Notes under the pieces: model-generated
Told to the model about the DNA's origin: nothing
Seen by the model: only the letters and a program-made list of their open reading frames with translations
The model's database searches: none
In this document: one piece after another, positions 1 through 9,488 of the stretch
Layout of the letters: every line of letters begins with the position of its first letter
Numbering within the stretch: position 1 is the first letter of the stretch
Source: a virus
DNA length: 64,000 nt
Strand: one strand, 5' to 3'
IMG/VR virus record: IMGVR_UViG_3300013006_000024
Span: 1-64,000 of that record
Translations under genes and position numbers: made by a program

Positions 1-780
1 AAGCATATTTTCTTTCTTTTCAGGAGAAATAGACTTTAAAATGGTCTTTAAATCTTTAATATCTTTTTGTTCTACTAAAACGCAAAAATCACTCCAGTTT
101 AAATATTTTTCAAACGGCAGCCAGGCTTTGTCATATATATAAACCGGTATTGAATTTAATTGTAGTATTTCATAGAGTCTAAAGCTTGAAGGACCATAAC
201 CACGCGGGCACAGTGAAAATTCTGATTTACTAGTAGTAGTTACAAAGTTATCGAACTTATCGCTTGAAACTGTAGATTCCCATTGACTAGTAACAAATTT
301 AAAATCATTATCTGAATTAAAATTATTAAAAATTTCATTTCGTATATGATGTGTAAAGCAGCCTACAAAAGAGCAAAAATATTCTTTATTATGTTCTGGT
401 ATTTGCTTTATTGGCGAACAAATTAAAGGTATGGGTATACCATTTTTATTACCTCCTGCTTCAAAGCTAAGAGTATTTTTTGGTAATATTTCTTTAACCG
501 CGTCGTCGTGCTGTGAAACACAAAAATACTTACCCTCAGGTAGTGCATTAATATATTCCTGTATAAGATGTTTGCTATCGTTTTGCGCTGTAAAGAATAC
601 GTTTTGATTGTAAACGGCAGTCCAGAAAATCGGTATTAAAGTAAAACCAGTTTTATCAAATCTATCTTTATTATTTAAATAAAAATTATAAAAATATTCT
701 TCTAAGTATAAGCCTTCGTGATAGGGCGGATATACAGGACCTTTGTTTTGAATCCTTAAATTGCTAAAATCATACTGCAT
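1..780 (-). CDS. Exostosin-like (GT47) glycosyltransferase, partial (runs off left edge)
   Basis: Not in ORF track. Manual translation from ATG at 780: MQYDFSNLRIQNKGPVYPPYHEG...SEFSLCPRGYGPSSFRLYEILQLNSIPVYI; the FxLCPRG...RLYE...IPV signature is typical of exostosin/GT47. Confidence 0.75.
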   Translation of the reverse strand, partial: MQYDFSNLRIQNKGPVYPPYHEGLYLEEYFYNFYLNNKDRFDKTGFTLIPIFWTAVYNQNVFFTAQNDSKHLIQEYINALPEGKYFCVSQHDDAVKEILPKNTLSFEAGGNKNGIPIPLICSPIKQIPEHNKEYFCSFVGCFTHHIRNEIFNNFNSDNDFKFVTSQWESTVSSDKFDNFVTTTSKSEFSLCPRGYGPSSFRLYEILQLNSIPVYIYDKAWLPFEKYLNWSDFCVLVEQKDIKDLKTILKSISPEKKENML

Positions 781-1441
781 AATTTTTAGTTATATAATTT
801 TCTCTAATAAGATTCATAAGCCTTATCTTATCTGCTGTACCTCTAACATAATTAGCATGGTGCATTAATATTTCTTTAGGCGGTAATATTATTGTCTTTC
901 CGTCCCACTCGTGTGTGTTGTTGTCCGTATTAGAGAATACATTTCCAATTGTAAAATATTTCTTTGTATTTAGCAGTGCATTTGTAGTTAGATAACTAAA
1001 ATTATTTAGTGCTGCTTGGTCATTTACCATGCCTCTAAAATGACTTCTTATAGATTGAAAAAGAATTTTTGTCTTTTCTGTTGCATTGCATGCGAAAAAA
1101 CCTGCGCATAAGCTGCCTCTATCCTCTTGACAAGCTAAATCATTCTTTTTTAAATATGCTCCTATATCATCTAAAAACGGATTAAAGAATTGAATATCAC
1201 AATCAGCAAAGACAAACCAACTACCCATGCATTCTTCAATAGCTTTGAGTATAACTAGTAATTTATAATCCATTGCTTCCAACCAACCTGGTTCCATAAA
1301 TGAACCGCTTTCTGTGGTTTGCTCATGGTTTAACGCTCTTACTGGTAATTCCTTTTTACTATATATATTTCTTAATGTCTTTAAGAAAAAGTCGTTATAT
1401 AGTTCTTCGTGTGTCTTACTGTAATGTGTATAGATCTTCAT
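770..1441 (-). CDS. Nucleotide-diphospho-sugar transferase (GT-A fold)
   Basis: FVFADCDIQF (DxD), LCAGFF, NDQAALN and HHAN motifs; overlaps neighbouring GT genes. Confidence 0.7.
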   Translation of the reverse strand: MKIYTHYSKTHEELYNDFFLKTLRNIYSKKELPVRALNHEQTTESGSFMEPGWLEAMDYKLLVILKAIEECMGSWFVFADCDIQFFNPFLDDIGAYLKKNDLACQEDRGSLCAGFFACNATEKTKILFQSIRSHFRGMVNDQAALNNFSYLTTNALLNTKKYFTIGNVFSNTDNNTHEWDGKTIILPPKEILMHHANYVRGTADKIRLMNLIRENYITKNYAV

Positions 1442-2190
1442 GGTTGTGTTTGCCTGTCAACTTTTGACCAATCAGGAGATATGTTCAAATATTTTGATAA
1501 TTTTTCAACAGCTTCAATACGCTGCGGTGCAAGTGAGTACCATAAGCTATCACTTATTTTATCATGATTATCGCTTAACATTCGGTCTGCAGTCTTATCT
1601 TTCTTTCTACCGCCATAGATCCAATGATTATGCTGAATATGAATATCCTTAATCCATTTTACTCTATTAAATGCGGCGAAGGTTTGATACATCCATTGAT
1701 CAGACCAATTAATTAAAAAATCTTCCTTAGTAAAATATCCAAGAACTTCATAATATTTTCTATGTATAAAGGCATTAACACAAATTTCATCACGCATTCT
1801 ATGACCATCATAACAATGCACTAATTTTATCTTATCTTTCGGTAAATCTGGCTCAGTAAACTCTTTGATAATCATCTCATCCCAATTGGGTGTCATAAAA
1901 ATCATATCATCACCAATATAACCAAATATTTCTGCCTTAGTATTATCTGCTAAAATATTCCATATTTTATTAATACCTATAAACTTACCGTTATTTTCTA
2001 TATCAACAATACGAACAAAAGGTATTGCATCAGCTATTTTATAGACTGTTTCTCTGGTAGGATCATCTTTATCAACACCAAAGACTAGCTCTACATTATT
2101 AATATCTTTTACAGAAGTTATAATTGAACTTATTAGTGTGAGCTTTAAATTTAATCTCTCACGACTCGGTACTAATAGACTTATTTTCAT
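1438..2190 (-). CDS. Glycosyltransferase family 2-like
   Basis: ISLLVPSRER start, GYIGDDMIF DxD-like motif, WSDQW. Confidence 0.7.
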   Translation of the reverse strand: MKISLLVPSRERLNLKLTLISSIITSVKDINNVELVFGVDKDDPTRETVYKIADAIPFVRIVDIENNGKFIGINKIWNILADNTKAEIFGYIGDDMIFMTPNWDEMIIKEFTEPDLPKDKIKLVHCYDGHRMRDEICVNAFIHRKYYEVLGYFTKEDFLINWSDQWMYQTFAAFNRVKWIKDIHIQHNHWIYGGRKKDKTADRMLSDNHDKISDSLWYSLAPQRIEAVEKLSKYLNISPDWSKVDRQTQP

Positions 2191-2989
2191 ATTTTTTCTT
2201 TATTTCCTTAAGTAGTTTAATTAATTTTTCTCTTGAAGTATCAGGTACAGCATTTTGCCATGCAGGTGAATAGCCATGTTTTTTCTCAAACAATTTAACG
2301 CCCATTTTAATATTATCCATCCAATCTTCTCTAGGTCTAATAGAACTGCTATTTTCTGAGCACTCTATTTCATCTAAATAATCGCAGCTATTAGCCAAGT
2401 CAGGAAAATTCCAGTAAGGGGTACAGAAACCAGCTTTATACATTCTATAGTCATGATCTACATGTTCAAAGGCATTAGTATAATCTTCATCTATTAACCC
2501 GACTTTTTCTAGAGCTTCTCTTGTATAATAACAAAAAGCTCCAACACTATTAGCGTTTATAGCCAGCTTTGTCTTTCCATAATCAATTACATATCTCGGC
2601 ATCGGGGTACCTTTTGATATATTGCCCCTATTTGCAGGCCCATGGTAACCAAAATTAAAATGCTGAATACCGGTAACACTTCTTAACTCTATATATTTGT
2701 TAAAAACTTCTGGATCCTTAATAATTATATCATCTTCTATTATAAAGATATGCTCACAACCGCTATCTAAAAGATATCTAAGCAATTTATTCTTTGATCT
2801 ACCAACACCTAGGTTCTTATCATTATAAAAATATGTAAAGTGTTTTTCTTTTTGAAGTTTATCAATATCTTCAAAATCCGCACCATCATTTACAACAGCT
2901 AGTAAATAATCATTAGGTATTGATCTAAAACATTTTAGAAAAAACTTAGGTCTATTGCATGTAACTATACCTATACCTATTTTATCCAT
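2159..2989 (-). CDS. Glycosyltransferase family 2
   Basis: IGIVTCNRP, VVNDG, NLGVGRSKN, IIEDD, VGLIDEDY..FEHVD. Confidence 0.8.
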   Translation of the reverse strand: MDKIGIGIVTCNRPKFFLKCFRSIPNDYLLAVVNDGADFEDIDKLQKEKHFTYFYNDKNLGVGRSKNKLLRYLLDSGCEHIFIIEDDIIIKDPEVFNKYIELRSVTGIQHFNFGYHGPANRGNISKGTPMPRYVIDYGKTKLAINANSVGAFCYYTREALEKVGLIDEDYTNAFEHVDHDYRMYKAGFCTPYWNFPDLANSCDYLDEIECSENSSSIRPREDWMDNIKMGVKLFEKKHGYSPAWQNAVPDTSREKLIKLLKEIKKKYENKSISTES

Positions 2990-3008
2990 ATTAATTTAAG
3001 TATTATAA

Positions 3009-3016
3009 TATAAATA
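3009..3016 (+). promoter_or_regulatory. T4-type late promoter TATAAATA
   Basis: Exact T4 late consensus; gp55 is encoded in the window. Confidence 0.7.
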
Positions 3017-3022
3017 ATAATA

Positions 3023-3760
3023 ATGGCAATTAATTCAACAAACAGTAATTACGTCAATATTAGTAATTTACCGCAAACACAAGAAGCAGTAAATACTGAT
3101 TTATTAATTTTACAAACTGAAAATGGTACTCAAACTATTACATTTGATAATTTCAATGTAGTAAAGACGGATGCTGTTGGAAATGCTACTATTATTGGTG
3201 GGGTTACCGGTACAGGAGCGCAGTTTAATACGCTTTCTGCTTTAAGTTATGTCTCATCCTCTCAATACTATGCAAATAGTATTCCCGGGTATACAGCATT
3301 AAATGGATTTTATAATAGGTTTACTCTTAATAGCGGCATTGTTACAAGCGCCACTTATGTTGGTCGTGCAGATGATGATTATAACTACCTAACTCAAACA
3401 TTCATACCCACTTTAACCGCTGAACAAAATACAATTTATACTAGAACTATTGATAAAGTTGGATTAGCATTAGCTAATCCTAATTCTGAAGGCGTTACTA
3501 TAACTATAGGAAGCTTTTTTACTGATTATCCATTTGTTGGCGCGGCAAATATTAAGCCATGGCATTTTACAATTGCATTAGACAATAAGCTATCTGGATG
3601 CCCGTATATACCACCTGGTTCGATAGCAAATAACGGTACCGGTGGATTAAGATTCGACGTTGTTTTCCCAGCACGTAATGTTCCGAGTATTAATGTTTAT
3701 GCGCGTGTCTTAATTACATATACCATAAATAACGGTACTTATAATTTCGGATCGCAATAA
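3023..3760 (+). CDS. Putative virion structural/fibre-associated protein
   Basis: TATAAATA 6 nt upstream; N-terminal VNISNLPQ...DLLILQTENGTQTIT resembles the ISxL(P) fibre-anchor motif; beta-rich T/N/G composition. Confidence 0.45.
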   Translation: MAINSTNSNYVNISNLPQTQEAVNTDLLILQTENGTQTITFDNFNVVKTDAVGNATIIGGVTGTGAQFNTLSALSYVSSSQYYANSIPGYTALNGFYNRFTLNSGIVTSATYVGRADDDYNYLTQTFIPTLTAEQNTIYTRTIDKVGLALANPNSEGVTITIGSFFTDYPFVGAANIKPWHFTIALDNKLSGCPYIPPGSIANNGTGGLRFDVVFPARNVPSINVYARVLITYTINNGTYNFGSQ

Positions 3761-3761
3761 T

Positions 3762-3974
3762 TTATTTTGCGTGAAATAATAAAGCTTTATTAATTCTGGC
3801 TAAAGCTTTACGAGGGTGGTTACCTTCATCAATAAGCCTTCTATATTCATTTCTAAAAGCTTTTACGAACTCTTCAGATAGCCTAAAATTTTTTGGATAA
3901 AATTCTCTTCTTATTGTTTTAATACTTTTAAAGCTTTCTAGAAGCTCATCATATTTCTCATTAAAATTAGCCAT
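3762..3974 (-). CDS. Small late protein with capsid-targeting-like N-terminus
   Basis: TAAATA 5 nt upstream; MANFNEKYDELLE-S. Confidence 0.5.
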   Translation of the reverse strand: MANFNEKYDELLESFKSIKTIRREFYPKNFRLSEEFVKAFRNEYRRLIDEGNHPRKALARINKALLFHAK

Positions 3975-3982
3975 GTAAATAT

Positions 3983-4720
3983 TTATTCACCAAGTATAAT
4001 TTTATTTTTAATCTTTTGCTCATATTTCTCATCGTAATGTGCACTTTTATTAGCTTTTAATATATCTTCCATACTCTTAATGTTATCACTATCTAATACG
4101 CTAGTCTGGTCTTCAATTAAACCACCTCCTTCGTTTAAATAAAGCTTAAGCATCTCAATACGCTCCTCAGGACTACCAAAGATTTCTATCATAGGAGGTC
4201 TATCATCACTAGCTAAGAACGGACAAACACCATGACGAGCTAAATTATGACTAATAATTTTAAAAATATTATCAATTTCTTTTATATAAACTTCATCAAC
4301 TTCTCTATTTTTCTTTTTCTCTATAGGTACAGGCGCTACTTTTGTAATAGGTAGGAAAAGAACTATGTCAATAGCTTTCATACTTTCCTGTACCAACGGT
4401 ATACATTCTTTTATAAAGTCTTTATCAATATCTGAAGATTGCTTATCTTCTGCCCATAGTGAATAGATAATATTATCTAGAGGGCATCTATCAAAAATTA
4501 TCTTATCACCCTTTTGCGTGTGCTGTATATCATCAATTAAACAATTTAAAATCTTCCACTGACCATCTTTATTAACATCCTTATTAAGTTTTAATTTTTC
4601 TTTTTTAATGAGGTCTCTATATGATTCGTTTGACCGTTTATATGATGGCCATTTCTTAAGAAAATCGTTTATAAGAGTTGTCTTACCTTGACAGGCGCTA
4701 CCTACAATTGCTATTCTCAT
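3983..4720 (-). CDS. P-loop nucleotide kinase-like protein (AAA_28/dNMP kinase type)
   Basis: MRIAIVGSACQGKTT Walker A; IIFDRCPLD motif typical of NMP kinases. Confidence 0.65.
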   Translation of the reverse strand: MRIAIVGSACQGKTTLINDFLKKWPSYKRSNESYRDLIKKEKLKLNKDVNKDGQWKILNCLIDDIQHTQKGDKIIFDRCPLDNIIYSLWAEDKQSSDIDKDFIKECIPLVQESMKAIDIVLFLPITKVAPVPIEKKKNREVDEVYIKEIDNIFKIISHNLARHGVCPFLASDDRPPMIEIFGSPEERIEMLKLYLNEGGGLIEDQTSVLDSDNIKSMEDILKANKSAHYDEKYEQKIKNKIILGE

Positions 4721-4881
4721 TGCTTTAGTTTATTTATAAAGCTGCCAACAATAATATACACCTTCTCCGTATCAAGACCTTTACCATCTGTAAGCTCGTT
4801 TACCCAATCTTTAACTGAAAGCTTACCATCGTCTTCTTTTTTTAGTACTTCAGGCCCGTCTATAAATTCTTTAAACTTCAT
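4717..4881 (-). CDS. Small hypothetical protein (54 aa)
   Basis: Manual: MKFKEFIDGPEVLKKEDDGK...; ATGA overlaps with both queE and the kinase. Confidence 0.5.
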   Translation of the reverse strand: MKFKEFIDGPEVLKKEDDGKLSVKDWVNELTDGKGLDTEKVYIIVGSFINKLKQ

Positions 4882-5621
4882 ACCTTTAGGGCTTTATCCC
4901 AGATAACCAATTGTAATCTTGGACTGAATTTAAGATTATGTTTCTTACATAATTCTGCTACCATAACTGATTTTTCTGTATGCTCTTGTCGACTGCCGCA
5001 ACAAGGCATAAGCCATATTCTATTATATGGAATTCGAATTTCCGGATTTTGCATATACTTCTCTATTATCTCATTTAAATCGCTTTCATTATTAATAACA
5101 AATTTAAATCCTGATCCATTGTCAACATGCCACTTAAGTACTTGAGGTTTGTAGCGCTTCTCTTCAGGATCACCGTTGTTAGTTAATTTAGGCGATACAG
5201 TAAATGTAGCAGAATATTCCTTTACCCATATATTATCCGGCATAATAGTACCGTTAGTTTCAAAGTCAATATTAGGACAAAATGCATAACGAGCAACAAA
5301 CGCTTCCATAAGCTTTAAAAGCTGCTTTTGCTGTATAAGTGGCTCTCCACCGGTTATTTTTAATATAGCTCCGTCTTTGAGATAGCAGTTATATCGGTTC
5401 TGAGACATATATTCAAAAATCTCATCAAACGTTAACTTATTTTTTACCGACCAACTAACAAAACTATCACAGCCATTTGGTGAATCTGCAGACGCAAATC
5501 CTTTACATGTTAAGTTACACATTGAAAGTCTCATAAACACTGAAGGCCGACCTACATACTCACCTTCACCCTCTAACGTATAAAAAAGCTTATCGTCGCT
5601 AAGAAAAATAGTATTATCCAT
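4878..5621 (-). CDS. queE: 7-carboxy-7-deazaguanine synthase (radical SAM)
   Basis: FYTLEGEG..GRPSVFMRLSMCNLTC...CD, ITGGEPL, ETNGT, VSPKL, FSPRLQ. Confidence 0.9.
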   Translation of the reverse strand: MDNTIFLSDDKLFYTLEGEGEYVGRPSVFMRLSMCNLTCKGFASADSPNGCDSFVSWSVKNKLTFDEIFEYMSQNRYNCYLKDGAILKITGGEPLIQQKQLLKLMEAFVARYAFCPNIDFETNGTIMPDNIWVKEYSATFTVSPKLTNNGDPEEKRYKPQVLKWHVDNGSGFKFVINNESDLNEIIEKYMQNPEIRIPYNRIWLMPCCGSRQEHTEKSVMVAELCKKHNLKFSPRLQLVIWDKALKV

Positions 5622-5698
5622 AATCTTATTATAAACTAATTATAATTAGTTTCAACTAGTACTAGTATATAAAGTCAAAAAAGAATAAATATTAATAG

Positions 5699-6442
5699 AT
5701 GTCTAAAAAGGATAGACAGCTTAAAAAAGCTGCTAAACAACAGGCGCGCGACGAAAACGGGATCCTTAGAAACGATATTTTTCTCAATTTTAAAGTTGAT
5801 CAAAAATTTCACTTCAACGATCATCATAAGACTTTTGTCGACAAAGCGTTTGATGAAAGCTCACATATTCTCTTTTGCGATGGCCCTGCGGGTTCATCTA
5901 AAACCTATTGCGCAACATATGTTGCTTTGACTATGTTAAAGGAAAAACGTATAGATGAGGTTATCTATATAAGAAGTATAGTTGAATCAGCAACTCGTAA
6001 GCTAGGAAGTCTTCCAGGTGAAGTGGATGAAAAGTTTAAACCGTGGAGTATTCCATTAGTCGAAAAGTGTGATGAATTAGTAGGTAAACAAATAACAAAT
6101 ATGTTATTTGAAAGTGAATATCTTAAATGTATACCGGTAAATTTCTTACGTGGTTCGACATTTCAAAATAGTGTTGTTATTGTTGACGAAGCGCAAAATT
6201 TAGAGCATAGTGAACTTGTAACCATTTTAACTAGATTTGGAAAAAATTGTAAGCTTTTTGTAATAGGAGATTCACTACAGTCTGATATTCAAAAATCTGG
6301 ATTTAAAAATATTATGACAGGATTTGATTCGGAAGAAAGCAGACATAACGGAATTCATGTTTGTCATTTTACAGAAGATGACATTACAAGAAGTAAATTA
6401 CTTAAATTTATAGTTAAAGTTATAGCGACGCTTAAGAAGTAA
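5699..6442 (+). CDS. phoH: PhoH-like ATPase
   Basis: GPAGSSKT, LGSLPG, FLRGSTF, DEAQN, TRFG, GDSLQSD. Confidence 0.92.
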   Translation: MSKKDRQLKKAAKQQARDENGILRNDIFLNFKVDQKFHFNDHHKTFVDKAFDESSHILFCDGPAGSSKTYCATYVALTMLKEKRIDEVIYIRSIVESATRKLGSLPGEVDEKFKPWSIPLVEKCDELVGKQITNMLFESEYLKCIPVNFLRGSTFQNSVVIVDEAQNLEHSELVTILTRFGKNCKLFVIGDSLQSDIQKSGFKNIMTGFDSEESRHNGIHVCHFTEDDITRSKLLKFIVKVIATLKK

Positions 6443-6443
6443 C

Positions 6444-7139
6444 TTAACGATTTATTCCCCACGATGTACCGCCATATAAATCTGACCAACCTGAAGTAAC
6501 CTTATTCTTTACCGGTGCTGGCTGTACACTTGATGAACCGGGTTTATTACTAATAGGTGGGGGGTTCTTAATAACCGACTCTAAATTAATACCTGTTGTT
6601 TCTGCAATATCTGCCATAAAATTCCTAATATGATTTTGCGGTGCACCTTGTGTCACAGTATTACCGGATTCAAAAGAATTTTGCACGTCAACTTTTATTG
6701 TATCGCTTGAAACTATTGCAGAGTTTTTATCATGCTCCCATACTTCAACCTTATCTACCCAACATCTATTGTTAGTAATGCTTCGAATATAATTGTCTGC
6801 TGTACCAAGACACCATTCCGCAGTTCTCTCTATACCTACACCATTCTCCATTATACGTAAATCGCAACCACCTGATGCATGTAATGATTTAAATCCATCT
6901 AATAATGGATCGTCAATTGCAATGCATAATGTATGATCAAATTGTTTCTCTAAAATATCCTTTAACCCCTTTAATCCACCGAAATCTACTACCCAATTCT
7001 TTTCATCTAATTCTGTACAACAAAACCAAAACTTAGCTTGTAAATTATAGCCGTGAATAAACTTGCAATGACTATCAGCCTTCCATTGTCTAAATGCACA
7101 ACTACCTAAATCAATAATCTTAGTACTTTCGTATTTCAT
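6444..7139 (-). CDS. queD: 6-carboxytetrahydropterin synthase with C-terminal extension
   Basis: CAFRQW..SHCKFIHGY, WVVDFGGLK, FDH, E..AEW, VEVWEHDKNSA. Confidence 0.88.
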   Translation of the reverse strand: MKYESTKIIDLGSCAFRQWKADSHCKFIHGYNLQAKFWFCCTELDEKNWVVDFGGLKGLKDILEKQFDHTLCIAIDDPLLDGFKSLHASGGCDLRIMENGVGIERTAEWCLGTADNYIRSITNNRCWVDKVEVWEHDKNSAIVSSDTIKVDVQNSFESGNTVTQGAPQNHIRNFMADIAETTGINLESVIKNPPPISNKPGSSSVQPAPVKNKVTSGWSDLYGGTSWGINR

Positions 7140-7199
7140 TATACCTGATCTTAATATACCTGTATTATTATAATCAAATATACCTAAAAAATCAACTGG

Positions 7200-7358
7200 T
7201 TATTTTACAGTTCCAGTAATATTTTTTTCTTTTAAGTAGTTTTCGGCCGCTTCTTTTTCTTTAAACGTTACCGGCTTACCGTTTTCACCTAATATAATAT
7301 TATTACTTTCATCTAACAAGTAATAGCCTGCTTTAGTAATTACAAAGCTTTTTGACAT
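7200..7358 (-). CDS. Small hypothetical protein (52 aa)
   Basis: Manual: MSKSFVITKAGYYLLDESNNIILGENGKPVTF...; TAATG overlap with upstream gene. Confidence 0.5.
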   Translation of the reverse strand: MSKSFVITKAGYYLLDESNNIILGENGKPVTFKEKEAAENYLKEKNITGTVK

Positions 7359-7558
7359 TATTTTTTAAATTTAAACAATTCCGTTAAAATATTATTAACA
7401 GCATCACCGAAACTCTCTTTATGTAGAAATTTCTTAATTTCTTTTTTAGGCATTTCTTTAGCAGCTTTCTTAGCAGCACCTGTAACACCTTTTTGACCCA
7501 TTTTAGCGCCCATAACGGCACCGAAGAATTTTTTTTGTTTTTCTGATTTTGATGGCAT
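7358..7558 (-). CDS. DUF3008-like small basic protein
   Basis: MPSKSEKQKKFFGAVMGAK..G..AKKAAKEMPKKEIKKF pattern; TAAATA upstream. Confidence 0.6.
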   Translation of the reverse strand: MPSKSEKQKKFFGAVMGAKMGQKGVTGAAKKAAKEMPKKEIKKFLHKESFGDAVNNILTELFKFKK

Positions 7559-7572
7559 AGTAATAATATTTA

Positions 7573-8175
7573 TTATTTTTGTTGTTGCGATCCAGGTAAT
7601 AATCGTGATTCGTCGTCCGAAAGTATATATTCCTTTTGTGATGCGTTAGGATTTTGACCTATGTAAGTATACCTCGTTAAGGTAGAGTCGTTTGTGATAG
7701 GGTTTCCAGTTTTATCAAAGTAAAATATATCTCTTACTTTGCCTTGTGATGTATTAGGGTTATCGTAAACCTTAATTGAGCCTATCTTAGGGTGATTATT
7801 AACTACAGCGTTATAAAGATTACCTCCCTTATATTTTTGAGGTTGATCTAATTTAGCTTCTACACCTTTTGGCATATTTTTAAATGCATTACCAAATATC
7901 CTGACCTTATCACCCGCTTTTAAAGGAGGTACATCACCACCTTGCTCGGGCTGTTGGTCTGTAGGTTTCTTATTTTTATCTTGTAACTTATCACCTAAAG
8001 CTTTTGCTGCACCTGTGATAGGAGATATATCCCCTTGCTGTACTACTTGATTAAGAGCTCCGATAGCTTTACCAGGCATATTATAAGCTTTTTGAGCCAT
8101 AGTAGCAGCGCTAGATATAGTCTTACCTAACCCGTTTAAAAACCCTTCAGATAGTTGATCAAATTTAGGCGTCAT
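7573..8175 (-). CDS. Hypothetical late protein, possible internal head protein
   Basis: MTPKFDQLSE-G N-terminus; coupled to the upstream late gene. Confidence 0.45.
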   Translation of the reverse strand: MTPKFDQLSEGFLNGLGKTISSAATMAQKAYNMPGKAIGALNQVVQQGDISPITGAAKALGDKLQDKNKKPTDQQPEQGGDVPPLKAGDKVRIFGNAFKNMPKGVEAKLDQPQKYKGGNLYNAVVNNHPKIGSIKVYDNPNTSQGKVRDIFYFDKTGNPITNDSTLTRYTYIGQNPNASQKEYILSDDESRLLPGSQQQK

Positions 8176-8599
8176 TAGTTATAAAATCTCTATACATATC
8201 AGCTAACCTTTCACCGGTAAAGCCTGATTGTTTTAAATACTGTTCAATATCATTAAGGCAACCTGAATTAAGAACCTGCTCTAAAGTAGGGCTATTTTCA
8301 GGCATACCATCTTTAATTAAATTTTTAATAGCAAAAGCTTTGAATTCTTCAAATACATCCATATCGTGTTGGGTAGCTAGCATTTCAATAAATTGTTCAG
8401 GTATGTCATGTACAGCCATATCTGGTGTAAGGACTAATATTTTTAATTTACCCATACATTCTTCTAGAACATAACCTTCATATCCATCTAAACCAGTCAA
8501 GTCAGCGCTGGCATTAACCAAGGCAGGATCCACTTTGATGCGAATGCGCTTCAAAGCTGTTTTTTTCAAACTCTCTTGTATTATTCGGTCGTAATGCAT
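8165..8599 (-). CDS. Hypothetical late protein
   Basis: TAAATA 5 nt upstream; MHYDRIIQE-S. Confidence 0.5.
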   Translation of the reverse strand: MHYDRIIQESLKKTALKRIRIKVDPALVNASADLTGLDGYEGYVLEECMGKLKILVLTPDMAVHDIPEQFIEMLATQHDMDVFEEFKAFAIKNLIKDGMPENSPTLEQVLNSGCLNDIEQYLKQSGFTGERLADMYRDFITNDA

Positions 8600-8607
8600 A
8601 ATATTAT

Positions 8608-9432
8608 TTATCCTATCAGATACCCCATTAACGTGGGGTAATCATAACCTTGTTCAGCTGCACCACCAAAATGGTAGTTTGAAGCCCACATGTCAATATA
8701 ATCACCCTGACTGCATTGTATTATGATGCTCCAACTGGTGCTCATGGGATGTGAATTACTGTTATGAACATAACACTGTCTTACATTATTTTTTCTTATT
8801 TCAAAAATACCGACACCAGAATTATTTTGACTATTCATATGCCCTGCTGTAAAATGATAATTACCGGCAATGGGTACATTGAATTGTTTATCTGTTAAAC
8901 TGTAGTGGCCACCCACATTTACTGGTGCGTAGTTAAAGGGAACCTTAATAAGTGTATTTCCTTGATTTCCGCCACCGCCTGTCATGCTAACTCTAAATAT
9001 GGGTTGATAGGGTATAGTTACATAACCTGCTGAACTTATTGTCATTTTTGCTGAATTGTTTGTTATGAATTGTGTGGCATGGGCTGTTCTTGAGCCAAAA
9101 TAAGATGCATTATCAAGTGTGCCGGCCACATCAGTTCTACCTGATGAAGAACCTTCAACACCACAATACAAGTTTGCGCCATTACCATTTAAATGCGAGT
9201 TTAACTGATGTTTTGTTACGGATGTGCTTTGAAATAAATTTGTTTCTTGAGGCGCCTGTATATGCAGTCTGGTAAAAGTTAATGGTGTAGTTGTTCCAAT
9301 TGCCACACACTCTGTATTCTGAAATAATGCACTTACCGGTACACCCAAGGTATTGGAACCTGTGCTGTAAGCAAGTAAATTATTACCAGCAGGTACACCT
9401 GGTGTCAATTGAGATATGGTTACGTCTGCCAT
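8608..9432 (-). CDS. Fibre/adhesin, MADxTIS family, C-terminal C1q-like domain
   Basis: MADVTISQL N-module; shaft repeat TNNSAKMTISSAG; C1q pattern VPF...NVGGHY...FNVPIAGNYHF...GDYI...GYLIG. Confidence 0.7.
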   Translation of the reverse strand: MADVTISQLTPGVPAGNNLLAYSTGSNTLGVPVSALFQNTECVAIGTTTPLTFTRLHIQAPQETNLFQSTSVTKHQLNSHLNGNGANLYCGVEGSSSGRTDVAGTLDNASYFGSRTAHATQFITNNSAKMTISSAGYVTIPYQPIFRVSMTGGGGNQGNTLIKVPFNYAPVNVGGHYSLTDKQFNVPIAGNYHFTAGHMNSQNNSGVGIFEIRKNNVRQCYVHNSNSHPMSTSWSIIIQCSQGDYIDMWASNYHFGGAAEQGYDYPTLMGYLIG

Positions 9433-9488
9433 AGATATACAATATTATTTATGTTGATCTTGTTATAACTTATAATATAATAGCTAAT

